From NCBI GenBank assembly GCA_964613715.1, contig CAZTJK010000002.1:40355-104354 (forward strand): DNA of 64,000 bases, given 5' to 3'. The notes beneath the pieces were generated by a model. The model searched no databases, was not told the origin of the DNA, and saw nothing but the letters and a program-made list of their open reading frames with translations. Within the stretch, counting starts at the first letter, position 1. Every line of letters starts with the position of its first letter. The stretch comes from an uncultured Candidatus Saccharibacteria bacterium. Its GTDB lineage: Bacteria; Patescibacteriota; Minisyncoccia; Phycocordibacterales; GWA1-40-21. Positions 48,626-57,461 of the stretch are shown one piece after another. Position numbers and translations under genes: made by a program.

Positions 48626-48720
48626 AGTTAGTGGTTCCAAATCCTGTTAGGGTACCCATGTTTAGAATTTCAAACCTCTGAAAATATTGCCTCATTTTCT
48701 CACAAATCTACATTTAACTG

Positions 48721-48795
48721 TGGTGACCTTACGGGGAATCGAACCCCGATTACAGGCTTGAGAAGCCCGTGTCCTAACCGTTAGACGATAAGGCC
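48721..48795 (-). tRNA. tRNA-Glu(CTC)
   Basis: Reverse complement GGCCTTATCGTCTAACGGTTAGGACA-CGGGC-TTCTCAA-GCCTG-TAATCGGGGTTCGATTCCCCGTAAGGTCACCA, with CCA encoded. Confidence 0.96.
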
Positions 48796-48875
48796 TGATA
48801 AGAAACCGCACTACTGTACCAATTTTTCAGAGCTTAGGCAAATAAAAAGGGAGACGTATATGTCTCCCCGAGGCA

Positions 48876-49133
48876 TTATTTTGAAGGAATCAGTTTGCAT
48901 AAGCCTCCGTATGCAATCCGCTTGTTGAAAAGATGTTTGCGTTCAGCTTTCTTTCGTCGCGTTCGCTTGTACTGACCGGCAAGGTGATCATGTACGAGTG
49001 CCGAGATATAATTCTCGTTCTCGCTACAGAGCTTTGCCGTACGCCTGATCGCCACATCCATCTTATCGTCGCACTTCTTCATTTCCTCCTTGAAGACCTT
49101 CAGCATGCCATCGAGCGTCAGTGTTGTTGCCAC
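48876..49133 (-). CDS. Orphan small basic protein
   Basis: GTG start with GAAGGAG SD, TTGCAA...TATAAA promoter upstream and hairpin at about 48845-48869 downstream. Confidence 0.55.
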   Translation of the reverse strand: MATTLTLDGMLKVFKEEMKKCDDKMDVAIRRTAKLCSENENYISALVHDHLAGQYKRTRRKKAERKHLFNKRIAYGGLCKLIPSK

Positions 49134-49230
49134 TTTGTTTGCTCCTTCTTTTGGGATTTATCTGAATATTTTATACCATATTTTGAGAATTTTGCAAAGA
49201 AAAAGGGAGCACGCATCGCTCCCTTTTGCC

Positions 49231-49554
49231 TTAGTATTCAAGCTGTGGCCAGCCTGGATCTTCGGGCTTCTCTTCTTTTTCCCAGCTCGGCACAGATGCT
49301 TGGCGCAGCATCTCTTCCGTTTCTTTCCTGCGGGCTTTGCGTTCGTTTCGATATCGCGCCAGCCGCGAAGCGATGTACCTGCAGAATTGGACACTGCCAT
49401 GCTGCTCGCCGCAGACCTTCAACACGGCTTTCCGAATGACACTAAATGCATGCCATTTCGGATGCTCTTTCCGTAGATCGTCGAATGCCTTCTTGATCTT
49501 GTGAAAAGTGTTGTTGTCGATCGATAGACTTGATTGCTGTCTGATGATTTCCAC
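49231..49554 (-). CDS. Orphan hypothetical protein
   Basis: GTG start with AAGGAGGT SD, TTGACA-N18-TATAAT promoter and terminator at 49201-49228. Confidence 0.62.
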   Translation of the reverse strand: MEIIRQQSSLSIDNNTFHKIKKAFDDLRKEHPKWHAFSVIRKAVLKVCGEQHGSVQFCRYIASRLARYRNERKARRKETEEMLRQASVPSWEKEEKPEDPGWPQLEY

Positions 49555-49648
49555 CGCCTACCTCCTTGCAAAATATGTGTGAAAAAGAGCGAACCAGCCA
49601 ACATTATACCAGCAGCTCTTCCTGTTTGTCAAATAGGAGAAATAGGCC

Positions 49649-50101
49649 TTATTTCGTAAGGCTTTCAATCACTTCCTTTACCAGCATGCCGTCGGCCTTG
49701 CCCTTCAGATCCTTCATGATGGAGCCCATGAATTGGCCCATTTTGGCTTTGTCGATAGCTCCTGCGGCAGCGATCTTTTCTTTGACGATTTTTTCGACTT
49801 CTTCCTTGCTCATCATCTGTGGAAGGAATACTTCGAGGATTTTCATTTCAGCAGTCTCATTATCAGCAAGATCCTTTCTGCCGCCCTTTGTAAATTGTTC
49901 AATGGAGTCCTTGCGCTGCTTGACCATGCGGCGGATGACAGCGATCACATCCTCGTCTCCCAGCTCGTCGCCTGCGATCTTTTTCGCGATGATCTCGTTC
50001 ATGAATGCCGCCTGGAGTCCGCGCAGCACCGTAAGGCGCAGCTCGTCTTTCTTGATCATCGCATCCTTGATACCGTCCTTGATTTGCTTGTGTAATGTCA
50101 T
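49649..50101 (-). CDS. GatB/YqeY domain protein
   Basis: IKDAM..KD..RL.VLR, KQRKDSIEQF..GGR.DLA, FLPQMM and MG..MK.LKGKADG. Confidence 0.93.
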   Translation of the reverse strand: MTLHKQIKDGIKDAMIKKDELRLTVLRGLQAAFMNEIIAKKIAGDELGDEDVIAVIRRMVKQRKDSIEQFTKGGRKDLADNETAEMKILEVFLPQMMSKEEVEKIVKEKIAAAGAIDKAKMGQFMGSIMKDLKGKADGMLVKEVIESLTK

Positions 50102-50145
50102 GCCGGCATTTTAGCATATTCCGGGCTTTTTGATAGAATGGGCGC

Positions 50146-51192
50146 ATGGTTTCCATAATTATCATCATCGCACTCGTCATTATCCTCATTGCGCTCATCG
50201 GCTACATGCTCCTGTCAAAGAAAGGCGCCGCAAAGCCTGATACCGGCCTCCAGCTCGTCTTAAACCAGATCAACGAGCTTTCCCGGACAGTCGATGCCAA
50301 GCTCGGTGACAATGCCAAGCAGATGCATCAGTCACTCAAGGATCAATCAAGCCAATCATTCACCATCATCCGCGATATTACCGAAAAGCTCACGCGCCTC
50401 GACGAGACGAACAAGCAGGTGGTCTCGTTTGCCGATCAGCTGCAGTCGCTCCAGGACATTCTCAAGAATCCGAAACAGCGCGGCATCCTTGGCGAATACT
50501 ATCTCGAGACGCTTTTGAAGAATGTGCTGCCGGCCGGCAGCTACCAGATGCAGCATCCGTTTTCTGACGGCACGATTGTTGATGCTATTGTACGGGTAAA
50601 GGACAAGATCATTCCGGTGGATTCCAAATTCTCACTTGAGAATTACAATCGTATGGCAGAAACCTCTGATAAGACGGAGCGCGATCGCTTGGCGAAGCTC
50701 TTCGTGAATGATCTGAAGATGCGCATCGTCGAGACATCAAAATATATACAGCCGAAAGAGGGGACGATGGATTTCGCATTCATGTTTATTCCACATGAGG
50801 CCATATACTACGATCTCCTGATCAACAAGATCGGCGGCCTCGACGGCGATGATGAGAATCTCATCCAACGCGCAGCATCGAAATACAAAGTCATCATCGT
50901 CTCGCCGACATCATTCCTTGCATATTTGCAGACGGTGCTCCAAGGCCTCAAGGCGCTGCAGATCGAGGAGTCGGCAAAGGATATTAAAAAGAACATTGAA
51001 TCCCTTCAAAAACATCTGAAAAGCTACGAGGAATACCAGAACCGCCTCGGTAATGCACTCTCAACGACAGTGAATCATTTTAATAATTCGAACAAGGAGT
51101 TCAAGAAAATAGATAAGGACGTCGTGCGCATCACCGGTAGGGAATCAGATGTCGAGCTCATCGATGCTATGCGGCCCGAAAGCGACGAATAA
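50146..51192 (+). CDS. rmuC: DNA recombination protein RmuC
   Basis: N-terminal TM, KQRGILGE..LE.LL, VDSKF, T.DFA.MFIP.E and VSPTS. Confidence 0.92.
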   Translation: MVSIIIIIALVIILIALIGYMLLSKKGAAKPDTGLQLVLNQINELSRTVDAKLGDNAKQMHQSLKDQSSQSFTIIRDITEKLTRLDETNKQVVSFADQLQSLQDILKNPKQRGILGEYYLETLLKNVLPAGSYQMQHPFSDGTIVDAIVRVKDKIIPVDSKFSLENYNRMAETSDKTERDRLAKLFVNDLKMRIVETSKYIQPKEGTMDFAFMFIPHEAIYYDLLINKIGGLDGDDENLIQRAASKYKVIIVSPTSFLAYLQTVLQGLKALQIEESAKDIKKNIESLQKHLKSYEEYQNRLGNALSTTVNHFNNSNKEFKKIDKDVVRITGRESDVELIDAMRPESDE

Positions 51193-51396
51193 TAATAGCC
51201 CCGATACGTGTATCGAGGCTATTCTTTTGTATCTGGTTGGAAGACAATACTTTTGAGCGGCGTATCCCTCCGTTCCGCTTTGAGCTTTTGAACTCGTTTT
51301 TCTACCTTTAGAGAGTTCTGCTTTCGTTTCCTCCTCCAGTTCCTCAACCTGTTTTACATCATTTGTATTAACGATGATCAGCTTGCCTTTCGCCAT
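51145..51396 (-). CDS. Orphan small protein
   Basis: AAGGAG SD and TTGACA-N17-GATACT promoter. The 3' end runs through a hairpin and overlaps rmuC, so the C-terminus is doubtful. Confidence 0.4.
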   Translation of the reverse strand: MAKGKLIIVNTNDVKQVEELEEETKAELSKGRKTSSKAQSGTEGYAAQKYCLPTRYKRIASIHVSGLLLFVAFGPHSIDELDI

Positions 51397-51519
51397 GATT
51401 CATCTCCTTTCCATGGCTTGATCGATGCCAATATGAAGTACCTACTGGCTGTAGTATCTCGGTTCATTGCGTCTTTGTCAACAAGGCTCGGCGTATGCGG
51501 TATGCTACTATGAAAACCT

Positions 51520-53964
51520 ATGAAAAAAGAGGCGAAAAAGACTTTTGCTCCATATGATCATTCCAAAATAGAAGCGAAGTGGCAGAAGGCTTGGGCGGCA
51601 AAAAAAGCCTTTGTTTCGAAGAATGACTCGAAGGATCCGAAGAAATATATCCTGATTGAATTTCCATATCCGTCCGGTGCGGGCCTCCATATGGGCCATA
51701 TGCGGCCATATATCGCCGGAGACGTGGTATCCCGCTATTTCCGCCTCAAAGGCTTCAATGCCATGTATCCGATCGGCTGGGATGCATTCGGCCTGCCTGC
51801 GGAAAACTATGCCATCAAGAATAAAGTGCATCCGCGGGTCTCGACCGCAGCGAATGTGGCAAATGCCAAAAAGCAGCTCCTGTCATGGGGCGTCGGCTTC
51901 GACTGGTCGCGCGAGGTGAATACGACCGACCCTGCATACTACAAGTGGACGCAGTGGCTCTTCCTGCAATTTTTTAAGGCAGGACTTGCGTATGAGAAAG
52001 AAGGCCCGATCAACTGGTGCCCGCAGGATAAGACCGGTCTCGCGAATGAAGAGGTGATCGACGGCAAATGCGAACGCTGTGGCGCAGTCGTGGAAAAGAA
52101 GACGCTCCGGCAATGGTATCTGAAAATTACCGAGTATGCCGACTCGCTCGTCGATGGCCTTGCCAATCTGTCCGAATGGCCCGAGCATATCAGGAAGCAG
52201 CAGGAAAACTGGATTGGCCGCAGCGAAGGCGCGGAGATTGAATTCCAGATCAAGGGTTCGGATAAGAAAATAAAAGTATTCACCACGCGGCCGGATACGC
52301 TTTTCGGCGTTACCTATGTCGTGCTTGCGCCAGAATCGAAATATGTCGATGAGCTGAAATCGAAAATCAAGAATTGGCCGGATGTTGAGAAATATATCGA
52401 GTCACAGAAAGGCAGGACGGATATCGAGCGCACAGCAGAAGGAAAAGAAAAGAGCGGTATCGCACTTGAAGGCATTTCAGTCATAAATCCTGTGAACAAA
52501 GAGGAGGTTCCAGTCTGGCTCGCTGACTACGTGCTCGCCAACTATGGCACTGGCGCCGTCATGGCCGTTCCTGCGCATGACGAGCGCGATTTTGCATTTG
52601 CAGGAAAATATGGCCTGAAAATGATTGATGTTATAGAACCCAATGAAAAATTGATTGATGAATATTATATTCGAAAAAGTATTGATAAGAGATGCTATAC
52701 AGGACAGGGTTTATTGAAAAATTCTGGTAAATTTAATGGAAGAAAGAATACCGAAGTAACGCGCGATATCACCGCATTCGCCGGCGGGAGGATGACCAAG
52801 AAATACCGTCTGCAGGATTGGCTCTTTTCGCGCCAGCGCTATTGGGGCGAGCCGATACCGCTCATTCACTGCGAAAAATGCGGCGTGGTGGCCGTACCAG
52901 AAAAAGACTTGCCGGTAAAATTACCGGATGTGAAGAATTATGAGCCGACGGGCACCGGCGAGTCGCCACTTGCTGCGATTGAAAAATGGGTGAATACCAA
53001 GTGTCCGCAGTGCGGCGGCAAGGCGAAGCGTGAGACGAATACCATGCCGCAATGGGCAGGAAGCTCCTGGTACTGGCTCCGCTATGCTGATCCGAAAAAT
53101 ACAAAAGCATTTGCAGCAAAGGATGCACTGAAATACTGGACGCCAGTAGACCTTTATTTTGGCGGGCTTGAACATACGACGCTCCATCTCCTGTATGCTC
53201 GTTTCTGGAACCAATTTTTATTCGATCAGAAGCTTGTACCGACGAAAGAGCCATTCACGAAGCGTGTGCCGCATGGCATTGTGCTTGGCCCGGACGGCGA
53301 AAAGATGTCAAAAAGCCGCGGTAATGTAGTGAATCCCGATGATATCGTGAAGACATATGGCGCTGATACTATGCGCCTCCATATGCAGTTCCTCGGCCCG
53401 CATGAGGCGCAAGTTGCCTGGAACGATCAGGGCATCATCGGCACTCGCCGTTTTATCGAAAGAGTTTGGAATGCCCAGAAATTCATTGCAGATGCAGAAA
53501 GCACGGAGGTCACTCAGCTTTTGCATAAGACTATCAAGAAAGTTTCTGATGATGTTGAGCAGGCGAGCTTCAATACTGCCATTTCAGCCATGATGATCTT
53601 CATTAAGAATATTGATGAAGCTCACCCAGTCACTCTCGCAAGCTTCAAGGCATTTATTACGCTCCTGTCGCCATTTGCACCGCATGCATGTGAGGAGATA
53701 TGGAAGAATCTCGGCGGGAAAACATTGCTCGTATCTGGCGCCTGGCCGGTATATGATGAAAGCAAGCTAGCCGCGTCGAACGTGAGCATTGCGGTTCAGG
53801 TCAATGGCAAGGTGCGTGCCACCCTTGACGTAGCCTTCGATTCGCCACAGGAAGCAGTCGAAGCGATTGCTTTGAAAAATGAGCATATTGTCAAGTGGAC
53901 CCTCGGCAAGCAAATCCTCAAAAAAATCTTCGTCAAAAACAAAATTCTGAACTTTGTGGTCTAG
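51520..53964 (+). CDS. leuS: Leucine--tRNA ligase
   Basis: FPYPSG.GLHMGH, GWDAFGLPAEN, FTTRPDT, GTGAVMAVPAHD, SRQRYWGEP and KMSKS. Confidence 0.98.
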   Translation: MKKEAKKTFAPYDHSKIEAKWQKAWAAKKAFVSKNDSKDPKKYILIEFPYPSGAGLHMGHMRPYIAGDVVSRYFRLKGFNAMYPIGWDAFGLPAENYAIKNKVHPRVSTAANVANAKKQLLSWGVGFDWSREVNTTDPAYYKWTQWLFLQFFKAGLAYEKEGPINWCPQDKTGLANEEVIDGKCERCGAVVEKKTLRQWYLKITEYADSLVDGLANLSEWPEHIRKQQENWIGRSEGAEIEFQIKGSDKKIKVFTTRPDTLFGVTYVVLAPESKYVDELKSKIKNWPDVEKYIESQKGRTDIERTAEGKEKSGIALEGISVINPVNKEEVPVWLADYVLANYGTGAVMAVPAHDERDFAFAGKYGLKMIDVIEPNEKLIDEYYIRKSIDKRCYTGQGLLKNSGKFNGRKNTEVTRDITAFAGGRMTKKYRLQDWLFSRQRYWGEPIPLIHCEKCGVVAVPEKDLPVKLPDVKNYEPTGTGESPLAAIEKWVNTKCPQCGGKAKRETNTMPQWAGSSWYWLRYADPKNTKAFAAKDALKYWTPVDLYFGGLEHTTLHLLYARFWNQFLFDQKLVPTKEPFTKRVPHGIVLGPDGEKMSKSRGNVVNPDDIVKTYGADTMRLHMQFLGPHEAQVAWNDQGIIGTRRFIERVWNAQKFIADAESTEVTQLLHKTIKKVSDDVEQASFNTAISAMMIFIKNIDEAHPVTLASFKAFITLLSPFAPHACEEIWKNLGGKTLLVSGAWPVYDESKLAASNVSIAVQVNGKVRATLDVAFDSPQEAVEAIALKNEHIVKWTLGKQILKKIFVKNKILNFVV

Positions 53965-54064
53965 AAGTCAAGGGGAGTGTTGACTTATTTGGTAACAAGT
54001 GATAGTATGCCTTGACACGACATTGTTGCAATATATCAGCGAATTTTGATTATCAATCACACGC

Positions 54065-55099
54065 ATGAAAACGACTATCAGTTTCAAGCCGAAACAGTCC
54101 GTCAAAAAGCTCCTCACGGCGCTCGGTGATCGTTCCCATGACATCATTGTGAAGCGCTACGGTCTCGGCAAAGATCCTGAACCGATGACGCTCGATGGCA
54201 TCGGCAAGTCCTATGGCATCACCCGTGAACGCGTTCGCCAGATAGAAAATCACGCTATCAGCGTCATTCGCAAATCAAAAGCCTATGGCGAAGAAAAGGC
54301 GGTATTCGAAGAGATCGAAAAGCTCATCCATTCGCTTGGCGGCATTGTGGTCGAGCAGGACCTGCTCGACCATGTTTCAAAGGATGCAAGCACCCAGAGC
54401 CAGATGAATTTCCTTTTGACTGTTGGTCATCCGTTTACCAAGATGAAAGAAGACGACGATTTCCGCCACCGCTGGTTCATCGACAAGGAACTTCGCGAAC
54501 GGATCGAAATTTCCCTCAAAAAGCTCTATGAGAGCCTGAAAGACGATGAGCTCGTTTCCGAGCCGGAAATGATCAAGAAATTCCTCAGCTACATCGAGAA
54601 TGTTTCCGACCAATATAAGAACGAGGAAATCGCCAAGCGCTGGCTCTCGCTTTCGAAGCGTGTGGGCAAGAATCCGCTCGGCGAATGGGGCAGATCAAAG
54701 TCTCCGAATATTTCGACGAAAGGCATGCGCGACTATGCGTATTTGGTTATCCGCAAGCATGGCTCGCCGATCCATTTCCGCGAAGTGGCCAAGGCCATCA
54801 CGACCGTTTTCAATAAGAAGGCGCATGTCGCGACGACCCATAACGAGCTCATTAAGGATCCGCGCTTCGTGCTTGTCGGTCGCGGTCTCTATGCGCTGTC
54901 CGAGTGGGGCTATATGTCCGGCGTGGTAAAAGATGTCATCAAAAAGCTCATCGACAAGAACGGCCCGATGACGAAGAAAGACATTGTCGAGAAGGTTATG
55001 AAGGAGCGCTATGTGAAGGAAAATACCATCGTCATCAATCTCCAGAACAAGAAATATTTCAAGAAGAATAAGGACGGGAAATACGAAGTAGCGAAATAA
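54065..55099 (+). CDS. Protein with sigma70 region 4-like HTH and C-terminal winged HTH (HARE-HTH/RNAP delta-like)
   Basis: RYGL...TLDGIG..YGITRERVRQIE and C-terminal HNELI.D.RFVLVGRGLYAL.EWG. No sigma region 2 visible. Confidence 0.8.
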   Translation: MKTTISFKPKQSVKKLLTALGDRSHDIIVKRYGLGKDPEPMTLDGIGKSYGITRERVRQIENHAISVIRKSKAYGEEKAVFEEIEKLIHSLGGIVVEQDLLDHVSKDASTQSQMNFLLTVGHPFTKMKEDDDFRHRWFIDKELRERIEISLKKLYESLKDDELVSEPEMIKKFLSYIENVSDQYKNEEIAKRWLSLSKRVGKNPLGEWGRSKSPNISTKGMRDYAYLVIRKHGSPIHFREVAKAITTVFNKKAHVATTHNELIKDPRFVLVGRGLYALSEWGYMSGVVKDVIKKLIDKNGPMTKKDIVEKVMKERYVKENTIVINLQNKKYFKKNKDGKYEVAK

Positions 55100-55102
55100 G
55101 GA

Positions 55103-55140
55103 ACAAAGGGCGGCGGGCCTTCGGCCCGCCGCCCTTTTGT
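55103..55140 (+). terminator. GC-rich palindromic terminator (repeat family, copy 2)
   Basis: ACAAAGGGCGGCGGGCC-TTCG-GCCCGCCGCCCTTTTGT. Confidence 0.8.
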
Positions 55141-55178
55141 ATTCAAGCCCATTTTTGCTATACTGTCCCTATACAGCC

Positions 55179-56465
55179 ATGTCAAACGTCGTTCTCAATT
55201 CCATACAACACTCCCTGTCCCCGGCAGTCCTCAAGTTCCTCATCATCGTCTTGCCGATAGCGATCCCGCTCATCCTGATCTATACCTGGTGGGTGCTGCG
55301 CCTGCGCTATATCCAGATAAAGTTCATTGAAAAGCAGAAGCCCTGTTTGCTTGAAATCAAGCTGCCGAAGGAGATATTCAAGTCTCCGGCCGCTATGGAA
55401 ATATTCTTCTCCTACCTGGCTCCCGGCGGCGCCGGAAATATCGGCGAGGCGTTCATCGATGGCGAAACGCGACCATGCTTTTCCTGCGAGCTTGTTTCCA
55501 CCGAAGGGGAAGTGCGTTTTTTCATTTGGTGCCGCCAGGTCAAGTATAAGTCGATAGTCGAGGCACAACTCTATGCCCAGTATCCGAATGTTGAGATTTA
55601 CGAAGTGCCGGAGGCCGAAGCCTATACGAATAGTATCGTATTTGATCTCGACAAATATGCGATCAATTTGATGCAATTCGGCTTTACGAAGCCCGATCCA
55701 TACCCGATAAAGACATACATTGACTATGGCCTCGACCAGGATCAGAAAGACGAATACAAGATCGACCCGATGACTGCCGTTATCGAATTCTTGGGCTCCA
55801 TAAAGAAAGGCGAGCATGTCTGGATACAGATTCTCATTCAGAAGCACGAAAAGGAGGATTGGAAGCATGGCGTCTGGAAGGCCGAGAAAGATCTCAAAAA
55901 GGAGACCGAAAAGGAGATAGAAGCAATCCGCCAGAAAGCCGTGCCGAAATCAGAAGATGACGACGAGAAGACATTCAAATTCCCGAATCCGACGAAGACC
56001 CAGACGGAAATCATCACCGCGCTTGAGCGTAGTGCCGGCAAGCAGGCATTCGATACCATGATCCGCACGGCATATATCGCTGAGAAAAGTTCCTTCAACA
56101 AGATCATGCTTTCAGCGATGTCCGGCGCATTCCGCCAGTATGGTTCCCAGCATCTAAACGGCCTGAAGCCAGTATTCGGTACGGACTTAAATAATTTCCA
56201 GAAGGATATCAGCCGCATTTTTCCGTTCCTTGAAAAAGGATTTACAAAAAAGGTAAACGGCTATCGCAAAAAGCTTTTCCATGCCTACAAGCTCCGCTCA
56301 TTCTTCCAGTGGCCGTACAAGTTTTACAAGGCAAAGCCATTTATCATGACCACCGAAGAGCTTGCCACCATTTTCCATTTCCCGAGTATCATCGTCTCCC
56401 AGACGCCGACTTTGAAGCGCGTCAGCTCGAAGAAATCCGAGGCGCCGTCAAACCTGCCGATATAA
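55179..56465 (+). CDS. Conserved hypothetical membrane-anchored protein
   Basis: N-terminal TM, LEIKLP, FSCELVS, QLYAQYP..EI, YPIKTY, DP, EELATIFHFP and APSNLP. Recalled as a CPR family that also occurs fused to coupling-type ATPases. Confidence 0.75.
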   Translation: MSNVVLNSIQHSLSPAVLKFLIIVLPIAIPLILIYTWWVLRLRYIQIKFIEKQKPCLLEIKLPKEIFKSPAAMEIFFSYLAPGGAGNIGEAFIDGETRPCFSCELVSTEGEVRFFIWCRQVKYKSIVEAQLYAQYPNVEIYEVPEAEAYTNSIVFDLDKYAINLMQFGFTKPDPYPIKTYIDYGLDQDQKDEYKIDPMTAVIEFLGSIKKGEHVWIQILIQKHEKEDWKHGVWKAEKDLKKETEKEIEAIRQKAVPKSEDDDEKTFKFPNPTKTQTEIITALERSAGKQAFDTMIRTAYIAEKSSFNKIMLSAMSGAFRQYGSQHLNGLKPVFGTDLNNFQKDISRIFPFLEKGFTKKVNGYRKKLFHAYKLRSFFQWPYKFYKAKPFIMTTEELATIFHFPSIIVSQTPTLKRVSSKKSEAPSNLPI

Positions 56466-56468
56466 TTC

Positions 56469-57461
56469 ATGGAGCAACCTACTTTTCGCCCGAGCATGCT
56501 GTGGGAATTTGTGCGTGCGCATAGAAACGGATCCCTGTTTTCAGGAATCTTGGTTCTTGTTTGCTTCTACGCATTTGCCATTGCCGCTCCGGCGAATTTT
56601 CCGGTTGGTTCCGTCTACCGACTGACAGCGGGTGATACTGCATCAGCCGTATCAGCAGACCTGGCAAGCTTGCAGGCTGTCCGTTCACCGTTTTTTCTCA
56701 AATCATTTCTGTATATTTTTACGTTAGGGGATATGAAGGTGGTTGAAGGCTATTACTCGCTTCATGCGCGACAAAATGTTCTGATCATGGCATGGCGCCT
56801 GTCTCATGGGGCATTTGACGTAAATCCGGTAAAGGTGACCATTCCCGAGGGCTTGAGTTCCGCCGATATTGCTGCGCTGTACGCTCGCACATTTGATACC
56901 TTTGACGCAGCCGGCTTTCTTGCTAGCGTGCGGAATCAGAAGCTTGAGGGATATCTCTTTCCCGATACGTATCTCTTCCTGCCGAATGCGACTACACTCG
57001 ACATTATCAAGATCATGCACGATAATTTTATGCAGAAAACCGCTCCGCTTACGCCCAGAGTGAAGTCATCCGGACATTCCTTTGCTGATATCATAAAAAT
57101 GGCTTCCATACTCGAAAAAGAGGCGCGAGTGGAGGATATGCCGATGGTCGCCGGCATACTCTGGAAACGTCTGGCAATCGGCATGCCGCTCCAGGTGGAC
57201 TCATCATTCGCCTATATCAACGGCAAGACCACATCCACCCTCACTACTGCGGATCTGAAGATAGATTCTCCATACAATTCGTATACCCATCGGGGGTTGC
57301 CGCCGACGCCGATATCAAATCCCGGTCTTGATTCCCTCAATGCTGCGCTCAATCCAACAAGCTCGCCGTATCTTTATTTTCTCAGCGACAAGAAGGGAAA
57401 TATGCACTATGCCAAGACGAATGAGGAGCAATCAGCAAACAAGGTAAAATATCTCCGCTAA
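56469..57461 (+). CDS. mltG: Endolytic transglycosylase MltG
   Basis: VTIPEG, LEGYLFPDTY, ASILEKEA, MPLQVD, SPYNSY..GLPPTPISNPG and YLYF. Confidence 0.95.
   Translation: MEQPTFRPSMLWEFVRAHRNGSLFSGILVLVCFYAFAIAAPANFPVGSVYRLTAGDTASAVSADLASLQAVRSPFFLKSFLYIFTLGDMKVVEGYYSLHARQNVLIMAWRLSHGAFDVNPVKVTIPEGLSSADIAALYARTFDTFDAAGFLASVRNQKLEGYLFPDTYLFLPNATTLDIIKIMHDNFMQKTAPLTPRVKSSGHSFADIIKMASILEKEARVEDMPMVAGILWKRLAIGMPLQVDSSFAYINGKTTSTLTTADLKIDSPYNSYTHRGLPPTPISNPGLDSLNAALNPTSSPYLYFLSDKKGNMHYAKTNEEQSANKVKYLR

Larger units (their letters stand above)
47103..48722. mobile_element. Mini-element unit 2 without integrase (1620 bp), adjacent to tRNA-Glu
   Basis: Bounded by GTGACCT at 47103 and 48723 (inside the tRNA-Glu 3' end). 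Same architecture as unit 1. Confidence 0.78.

Noticed and set aside
45015-48729. Prophage, IS element or restriction-modification system
   Set aside because: No structural, terminase, transposase, integrase or methyltransferase gene, and no terminal inverted repeats. The XRE genes resemble controller proteins only generically.
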